Position numbers and translations under genes: made by a program | Part shown: positions 1-3,999 of the stretch, in pieces | How the letters are laid out: every line of letters begins with the position of its first letter | How positions within the stretch are numbered: the stretch's first letter is position 1 | Virus record (IMG/VR): IMGVR_UViG_3300008807_000868 | Span: 1-5,911 of that record | Reading direction: 5' to 3' (one strand) | Length of the DNA: 5,911 nt | Source: a virus | Notes under the pieces: generated by a model | The model's database searches: none | Told to the model about the DNA's origin: nothing | Seen by the model: the letters and a program-made list of their open reading frames with translations, nothing else

Positions 1-99
1 GGCCTTTGCGCGGATGCGGGAGCAATATCAGGGCCTCGATGATGACCATCTGATTGACCTCCTGATGGAGGGCATCAGGGTGCCCGAAGAGGCGATGAA
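1..99. repeat. Left copy of an exact 99-nt terminal direct repeat, most likely the overlap left when a circular genome is assembled as a linear contig
   Basis: Read base by base, nt 1-99 (ggcctttgcgcggatgcggg...gaggcgatgaa) are identical to nt 5813-5911, an offset of 5812. The repeat lies inside a coding sequence, and the reading frame is preserved across the junction. Confidence 0.95.
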
Positions 100-766
100 G
101 CAGCCGATCCTTCTGGATCGGAAATCCACGATTTTCGGGTACACCGAGAGGCATGCCACCGACGGCGCCAGCCTCGATCAGTCCGTAACGACCGGCTTGA
201 CCGAATTGGAACTGTCGTTCCGGACTCCGCCGATGAATACCGGCGGCGTGATCTTGGTCACGGTGGAAATCGTCCCTGAGGCGCTTTTTGAGCGGATGAA
301 AGACCCGTTCCTCGGTGTTACCGACCCGTCGGTCCTTCCGAATTTCATGCGCGATTTCCTTGACCCCGAAAAGGTCAGCATCGTCCGCAATGATTACGTG
401 GACGTGGAACACGCGACCCCGGCGGGGACGTTCGGCTACGCGCCGCTCAATCACGAGTGGAAGCGTTCGCTTACGAGGATCGGTGGCCGGTATTACCGGC
501 CCAATCCCGATACCTTCGTGGAGGACCGGCAGCGGTTCTGGAGCGTCGAGCAACTCAATCCGAGTTTGACCACGGATTTCTACCTCGTCGGCAACTTGCC
601 CCATTCGGTCTTCGCCGACTCGGCGGTGGCGCCGTTCGAGATCCTGACCATCGGCGCCGCCGAGATCGTCGGGAACACCGTCTTCGGGAAGGTGCTCGAA
701 GAGGACAACGGGCATTTCGATGCCGTGGATGCGCAGGTCGACAAGACCCGCATCGTGCAGCCGTAA
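2..766 (+). CDS. Microviridae major capsid protein (VP1 / F-like), C-terminal part. It continues from 4962..5812 across the circular junction. The M at nt 14 in the ORF track is an internal Met, not the start.
   Basis: The frame starting at nt 2 is continuous with the ORF that opens at ATG 4962 (5826 = 14 + 5812, and 5826 - 4962 = 864 = 3 x 288). The combined length is 1617 nt, or 538 aa, typical of gokushovirus-like VP1. The C-terminal region (YAPLNHEWKRS...FYLVGNLPHSVFADS..PFEIL) resembles the conserved end of microvirus capsid proteins. GC3 is high. TAA stop at 764-766. Confidence 0.9.
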   Translation, partial: AFARMREQYQGLDDDHLIDLLMEGIRVPEEAMKQPILLDRKSTIFGYTERHATDGASLDQSVTTGLTELELSFRTPPMNTGGVILVTVEIVPEALFERMKDPFLGVTDPSVLPNFMRDFLDPEKVSIVRNDYVDVEHATPAGTFGYAPLNHEWKRSLTRIGGRYYRPNPDTFVEDRQRFWSVEQLNPSLTTDFYLVGNLPHSVFADSAVAPFEILTIGAAEIVGNTVFGKVLEEDNGHFDAVDAQVDKTRIVQP

Positions 767-776
767 GGAGGGCCGA

Positions 777-1271
777 ATGGGACGTTTCGTGATGGGCGGC
801 TTGGCCGATTGGGAGCCGCTCGCCGTCGGCGAGCTTCTCGATTTCCGCGTTGTCGGGAATTTTCGGGCGGTCGCCTTTGACTTGATCGCCGACCGTCAGG
901 TCGCGGTCTATGCCGTGTCCCCGGTTCTCGGGGAACGGCTGGTTGCGGTCGGTTTCGGCCTCATGGCCGTTTCCTTCTCCGCGTCGGAGGACTGCGCCGT
1001 GAGCGTGGTTGGTGATCCCGATGCCGCGATCTATGTTCGCGGGCGTGTCAAGACGCAGTTGATGCCCGAGAGCGGCGATGCGTCCTTCACGCGCATCGAG
1101 CCGCGGCAGACGGGCACGAGTGATGAGGTCCGGCGCATGATGGTCATCATGCGGCTCAATGCTGAACGGCGCGAGGCGGCGCTGCGCGGCGAGTTCGAGG
1201 CGCGGCTTGCCGCTCGGGAGGCTCCGCCGCCCGATGCAGTCGTCGAGCCTGAACCCCCGGCGGAGGCGTGA
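777..1271 (+). CDS. Hypothetical protein, 164 aa, of unknown role. The N-terminal ~100 aa look beta-rich, followed by a charged helical tail (RRMMVIMRLNAERREAALRGEFEARLAARE) and a Pro/Glu-rich end.
   Basis: Strong SD AAGGAGG at 765-771 lies 5 nt upstream of ATG 777, so the ORF-track start at 720 is probably too far upstream. GC3 is high throughout. The TGA stop at 1269-1271 overlaps the next gene's GTG (GTGA). Confidence 0.7.
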   Translation: MGRFVMGGLADWEPLAVGELLDFRVVGNFRAVAFDLIADRQVAVYAVSPVLGERLVAVGFGLMAVSFSASEDCAVSVVGDPDAAIYVRGRVKTQLMPESGDASFTRIEPRQTGTSDEVRRMMVIMRLNAERREAALRGEFEARLAAREAPPPDAVVEPEPPAEA

Positions 1272-1846
1272 AGGTCGACCTTCGGCGGCTGGTTCAACGG
1301 TTCACGCGGCGGGGGTTTGCTCCTCCTCCGTCGCGTGAGCTTGGCGGGGGGTCTCCCCTCGCTCGGCTGCCGCTCGATTATCGCGAGGCCGCGGCGCGGC
1401 TTCGCGATATGTCGGTGATCCGGTCCCAGTTGTTTCGGGACCGGGCGTTTCGCGTCTCGTTTGATGGCTGCCACCCCGACTTGATCCGCTTCAAGCGGGT
1501 GTTTCTGGCCGATCTGCATCGGGCCGGGATGCCGTTTTTCGTCTTTCAGGCGATGCGAAGTCGTGAGGATCAGGACCGGGCTTTTGCCTCCGGCGTGAGC
1601 AAGGCGAAGGGTGGGCAGTCTGCCCACAACTTCGGCATGGCGATTGATGTCGTTCATTTCCCGAGGTTTTGGGATTTGACGACAAGGGAATGGGACGTCA
1701 TCGGGGCAATCGGCGCGGATGTCTCGCGCCGGTTGTCTGTCCCTGTCGTTTGGGGCGGGTCGTGGGAATTCTACGATCCGGCCCATTGGGAATTGGCCGA
1801 TTGGAAGGTCAAGGCGGGGCTCGTCCCCGCAAAGGCGCGCGCGTAG
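1268..1846 (+). CDS. Zinc D,D- or L,D-peptidase of the M15 / LAS superfamily (VanY / phage T5 endolysin-like), a putative endolysin
   Basis: Zinc-ligand signature S-A-H120-N-F-G-M-A-I-D127 (H-x6-D, codons at 1625-1648) plus D-P-A-H173-W-E (H codon 1784-1786). Upstream segment MRSREDQDRAFASGVSKAKGGQS is typical of M15_3/M15_4 domains. The GTG start at 1268 overlaps the upstream stop (GTGA). ATG 1409 (M48) is an alternative start that keeps the whole catalytic domain. TAG stop at 1844-1846. Confidence 0.85.
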   Translation: MKVDLRRLVQRFTRRGFAPPPSRELGGGSPLARLPLDYREAAARLRDMSVIRSQLFRDRAFRVSFDGCHPDLIRFKRVFLADLHRAGMPFFVFQAMRSREDQDRAFASGVSKAKGGQSAHNFGMAIDVVHFPRFWDLTTREWDVIGAIGADVSRRLSVPVVWGGSWEFYDPAHWELADWKVKAGLVPAKARA

Positions 1847-1864
1847 GTTTATCCTACGCGCGCG
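1836..1864 (+). other. Perfect 12-bp GC-rich stem-loop spanning the peptidase stop codon, in the leader of the Rep gene
   Basis: 1836-1847 (cgcgcgcgtagg) pairs perfectly with 1853-1864 (cctacgcgcgcg), leaving a 5-nt loop tttat. No clean T-tract follows (tcacgtgcgcgcttctt), so it is not a canonical intrinsic terminator. Confidence 0.6.
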
Positions 1865-1922
1865 TCACGTGCGCGCTTCTTGGTCAACTATGCGTTTAGT
1901 GACACCACCCCGGAGGCGGAAG

Positions 1923-2699
1923 ATGTGCCTTGAGCCTGTGAAGCTGAAAGATGGATCGCTCGTAGCGTGTCGTGGGTGCCGGGTTTGCCGGGATAACCGC
2001 GTGAACGATTATGTCGGTCGTTGCTTGGCTGAGGCGAAGGTTTCGGACGGGGTGGTGGCGGTAACGCTTACTTATCGCGGCGATGGGTTGGATACGGTCC
2101 TCTTGGACTATTCTGACGTGCAGAAGTTCTTGAAGAGGCTTCGGAAGGCTTATTCGGTGCGATATATTGTTGCCGGGGAGTATGGCGCCAAGAAGGGGCG
2201 TGCCCATTGGCACTGCATCCTGTTCTTCAAGGGCGCCGTTCCCCCGGTTTCTTTCGACCGAAATTTTATGTGGTCGTTCTGGCCGCATGGTTTCTCGTAT
2301 TTCCAGCGGCCGGATTATGGCGGTTTCGCCTATGTTTTGAAGTATCTCCTGAAGGGCTCGCCCGAGGGGTATTCCAAGCGGTTTCAGCTTTCTAAGAAGC
2401 CTCCGCTTGGTCTCGTCTATCTGTCGTCGGTCATTGATGAGATGATCGACCGGGGCATTCCGCTTGCGGATTGGTCCTATAGGTTCGCAGATGTGAAGGA
2501 CCGGCAAGGCCGTGTCCGTGAGTTCTTCATTCCTCGCGGTCGCGTTCGCGACTTGGTGATGGATAGGTATTGGTCGGGCTGGATAGCCCGTTACGGCTCT
2601 TGGCCACCTTCGACGCCTGCCGTAGATGACTACAAGTCATCGCTCGGCGTCGATGATGATTTGTCTCTGGGAGGCTTTGATGGCGAGCAAGAGATTTAA
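1923..2699 (+). CDS. Rolling-circle replication initiation protein (HUH endonuclease, Microviridae VP4 / gpA-like), 258 aa
   Basis: SD GGAGG at 1912-1916 lies 6 nt upstream of ATG 1923. The N-terminus MCLEPV...CRGCRVC is a Cys cluster typical of VP4. Motif I is VVAVTLTY (2052-2075), motif II is the HUH sequence HWHCILFF (2205-), and motif III is the catalytic Tyr motif YVLKYLLK (2331-). TAA stop at 2697-2699. The ORF-track extension back to 1719 overlaps the peptidase gene and has no SD. Confidence 0.92.
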   Translation: MCLEPVKLKDGSLVACRGCRVCRDNRVNDYVGRCLAEAKVSDGVVAVTLTYRGDGLDTVLLDYSDVQKFLKRLRKAYSVRYIVAGEYGAKKGRAHWHCILFFKGAVPPVSFDRNFMWSFWPHGFSYFQRPDYGGFAYVLKYLLKGSPEGYSKRFQLSKKPPLGLVYLSSVIDEMIDRGIPLADWSYRFADVKDRQGRVREFFIPRGRVRDLVMDRYWSGWIARYGSWPPSTPAVDDYKSSLGVDDDLSLGGFDGEQEI

Positions 2700-3129
2700 G
2701 CGGCAGCGTCGTCGTGAGATTGTCGAGGCGCGGTTTCAATCCGTCGCTTCGGCGGCGGGTCTTCCCGCGTCGCCTGGGCGATCCGCTGATCTGGGGGGTT
2801 CTCGGGGTGTCCCCGTCGAGCCGAAGCCGCTTCGAGCAAATGTTGCTCGTGTGGGTGCGTCGGGCCTCCGTGCCAGCGGCTCGTTGGTTGTTTCTGTGCC
2901 CTTGCGCTCTGGTGTGGGGGGTGTGGGGGTCTCTCCCCCTTCTCCTGCCCGGCGGCGTTCCGTTGCTGTTGTGGAGTCTTTGCCCGGGTCTCTCCGGTCG
3001 GGTGTTCTCGTCTCTGACAAGGTTTCCCCGCGCTTGACTCCTTCGTGCAAGGAACGTCCTTCTGGCCGGGCTGATGGTTCGGGCGCTGGCGGCGGTCCTC
3101 GCCGCTTCGTCCCGTGGTGCAAGGGGTAG
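2680..3129 (+). CDS. Very basic, low-complexity hypothetical protein, 149 aa. Possibly a DNA-binding or internal virion protein. Its coding status is uncertain.
   Basis: SD GGGAGG at 2669-2674 lies 5 nt upstream of ATG 2680, which overlaps the Rep 3' end by 20 nt. The N-terminus is Arg/Lys-rich (MASKRFKRQRRREIV) and the rest is Ser/Gly/Val/Pro/Arg-rich. The T-rich third positions resemble the Rep gene. The next ORF starts 3 nt after its TAG (3127-3129). Caveat: the region is nearly A-free, so every frame is open and ORF length alone is not evidence. Confidence 0.45.
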   Translation: MASKRFKRQRRREIVEARFQSVASAAGLPASPGRSADLGGSRGVPVEPKPLRANVARVGASGLRASGSLVVSVPLRSGVGGVGVSPPSPARRRSVAVVESLPGSLRSGVLVSDKVSPRLTPSCKERPSGRADGSGAGGGPRRFVPWCKG

Positions 3130-3132
3130 CTT

Positions 3133-3237
3133 ATGAATTTTTTCGGCGGTCTCGTGATCTTGGCGGTTGTCTTCGTCCTGTTCGTTGCGCTCGCTGTCCT
3201 CGTCGTGCGCATTGTCTGGAACGTGGGCCGCAAGTGA
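3133..3237 (+). CDS. 34-aa single-pass membrane peptide (MNFFGGLVILAVVFVLFVALAVLVVRIVWNVGRK), a candidate holin-like or membrane-active protein
   Basis: Not in the supplied ORF track, probably because it is too short. I translated it by hand: ATG 3133 to TGA 3235-3237. SD-like AAGGGG at 3121-3126 lies 6 nt upstream. An uninterrupted ~25-residue hydrophobic core is followed by a basic C-terminus. GC3 is roughly 75%, like the neighbouring genes. Confidence 0.55.
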   Translation: MNFFGGLVILAVVFVLFVALAVLVVRIVWNVGRK

Positions 3238-3241
3238 TCTC

Positions 3242-3323
3242 GCAAGGGGGCTAAGCTGCGGCGTCCCTCCCGAATGGTTCTTCACCATTCGGGGGGGATG
3301 CCTAGCGGCGAGCGCCCCCTTGC
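3242..3323 (+). other. Nested long stem-loop (10-bp outer stem plus 18-bp inner hairpin) in the major non-coding region. It is a candidate ssDNA structural element such as a complementary-strand priming site, an origin or a terminator.
   Basis: Outer stem: 3242-3251 gcaagggggc pairs perfectly with 3314-3323 gcccccttgc. Inner hairpin: 3261-3278 pairs with 3284-3301, giving 18 bp of which 16 are Watson-Crick and 2 are G-T (3268/3294 and 3263/3299). The perfect 10-bp core is cccgaatggt/accattcggg and the loop is tcttc (3279-3283). Confidence 0.7.
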
Positions 3324-3503
3324 TAGGGCAGTCAAGGGTTCCCGCAGGCCACCCGGAGCCACGCGCAGCCCGCAGGGCGAGCATGGCGAGGATGGCCGAG
3401 GACAACCCTTGATGGCCCGTCTTCTTCTCTCGTTTTCGCATTATGCGAACGTGAGGTGTGTTTCAGGATTGGGCTCTAGCTGTTGTGGTCGTCCTGTTGC
3501 GTG

Positions 3504-3581
3504 TTCGCAACATTTCGGCGCTGCCGCTAGATTTTGTGAAGCTCGCGGCGGTTTTACACTTTACCGATTATCGGATATGTG
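3504..3581 (+). promoter_or_regulatory. Least GC-rich patch of the genome, with two weak sigma70-like promoter candidates upstream of the 3623..766 gene block
   Basis: Candidate 1 is TTCGCA (3504-3509), an 18-nt spacer, then TAGATT (3528-3533). Candidate 2 is TTTACA (3553-3558), a 17-nt spacer, then TATGTG (3576-3581). The patch also holds the palindrome CCGAT-T-ATCGG (3564-3574). These are pattern matches only, and host promoter rules are unknown. Confidence 0.2.
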
Positions 3582-3622
3582 CCTTTGATTTCTCCGTGGG
3601 GCGTGTCGCTCCCGGAGAGGTC

Positions 3623-3757
3623 ATGATGTCCAAGACTGTTCTTCTCGCGATCCTGTCGCGATTTGCCCCTGTTCTGCTCGGCGTCGTCGGCGGCCTCGTG
3701 GCCACCACGTGGCCGGTTGTGTTCGGTGCGTTCTGCACCGCCGGGTCGTCGTTGTGA
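3623..3757 (+). CDS. 44-aa hydrophobic, Gly-rich membrane peptide (MMSKTVLLAILSRFAPVLLGVVGGLVATTWPVVFGAFCTAGSSL)
   Basis: SD GGAGAGG at 3614-3620 sits directly upstream of tandem ATGs at 3623 and 3626. GC3 rises sharply from this point compared with the upstream part of the 3458..3757 track ORF. There are one long or two short hydrophobic segments. The TGA stop at 3755-3757 overlaps the next GTG. The 99-aa version starting at GTG 3458 is possible but has poor SD spacing. Confidence 0.6.
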   Translation: MMSKTVLLAILSRFAPVLLGVVGGLVATTWPVVFGAFCTAGSSL

Positions 3758-3999
3758 GGTCGCAGCGCGACCGCGAGCCCGTCGCATCCCTCGCGGATGC
3801 GATTGTCTGGCTTTGGAGCTACTCCAAGCCGGAAGACTGGCTCGACGGTGACCAGCCGATGCCGCTTGAGGCTCTGCTCGTCGCCGACATGTTCTGGCTC
3901 AATGAGCGCGATCTGCGCGCCACCATGGCGCGCGAGTGGCGCTCTGTTCTGACGGGAGCGCGGCAGGGCGCCCGCCGTAGCTTCGGCGAGGCGGCGTGA
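3754..3999 (+). CDS. Hypothetical acidic protein, ~81 aa (...SLADAIVWLWSYSKPEDWLDGDQPMPLEALLVADMFWLNERDLRATMAREW...). Its start is uncertain.
   Basis: GC3 is very high, roughly 85% by eye, which indicates real coding. GTG 3754 overlaps the upstream TGA (GTGA), the same arrangement as at 1268. The TGA stop at 3997-3999 overlaps the pilot gene ATG (TGATG). The ORF-track start at GTG 3709 is an alternative, and neither start has a clear SD. Confidence 0.55.
   Translation: MRSQRDREPVASLADAIVWLWSYSKPEDWLDGDQPMPLEALLVADMFWLNERDLRATMAREWRSVLTGARQGARRSFGEAA

Noticed and set aside
1-99. Terminal direct repeats read as biological LTR or DTR ends, or as a mobile-element boundary
   Set aside because: The repeat sits in the middle of the capsid coding sequence and restores a single continuous ORF when the ends are joined. 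Circular-contig redundancy is the simpler explanation.
315-792. Out-of-frame + ORFs inside the capsid gene (315..569 and 457..792). The same applies to 1669..1899, 4189..4395 and 4697..4960.
   Set aside because: Their products are Arg/Ser/Gly-rich and featureless, with no SD-like sequence at appropriate spacing. They are consistent with chance open frames in GC-rich DNA.
1031-1786. 251-aa minus-strand ORF. The 203-aa minus-strand ORF at 1896..2507 is the same kind of case.
   Set aside because: They are antisense to the well-supported 164-aa, M15 peptidase and Rep genes. Their composition is arginine-rich junk, and neither has an SD.
1864-1871. The 8-mer GTCACGTG occurs in both the Rep leader (1864-1871) and the capsid leader (4890-4897), each next to a GC hairpin
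   Set aside because: Many 8-mers are expected to recur by chance in 5.8 kb. CACGTG also occurs inside coding sequence (about 3706-3711). It is not enough to call a regulatory motif without comparative data.
1719-1922. Upstream extension of the Rep ORF (track start 1719, or ATG 1890)
   Set aside because: The extension overlaps the peptidase gene and runs through the 12-bp hairpin. Only ATG 1923 has a good SD (GGAGG, 6-nt spacer), and it gives the MC..P N-terminus typical of VP4-type Reps.
2714-3037. Alternative-frame 107-aa + ORF (GTG start) with somewhat higher GC3 than the 2680 frame
   Set aside because: It has no SD, starts 15 nt after the Rep stop with no coupling signal, and ends 96 nt before the next gene. 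Its openness is explained by the near absence of A. The 2680 frame has an SD and abuts the next ORF. This rejection is provisional.
2527-3441. 304-aa minus-strand ORF, and the overlapping 169-aa ORF at 2736..3245 (-)
   Set aside because: They are explained by composition. The + strand here is almost A-free, so the complement is almost T-free and cannot form stop codons. The products are Arg-rich and low in complexity, with no start context.
3433-3452. ttcgcattatgcgaa palindrome resembling the CGCATAA / TTATG arms of XerC/D dif sites. Some microviruses integrate at dif.
   Set aside because: The two arms abut, with only a 3-nt centre instead of the 6-8-bp central region of dif. The outer arm bases do not match the consensus as I remember it. 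I treat it as a small hairpin only.
3274-3588. 104-aa + strand ORF in the large non-coding region, and its shorter 58-aa version from ATG 3412
   Set aside because: ATG 3274 lies inside the 18-bp hairpin stem and has no SD. The sequence (Cys/Gly/Arg-rich) and its third-position composition are not gene-like compared with neighbours. The ATG 3412 version has only a GAGGA 9 nt upstream. I kept the region as non-coding, though conservation analysis could overturn this.
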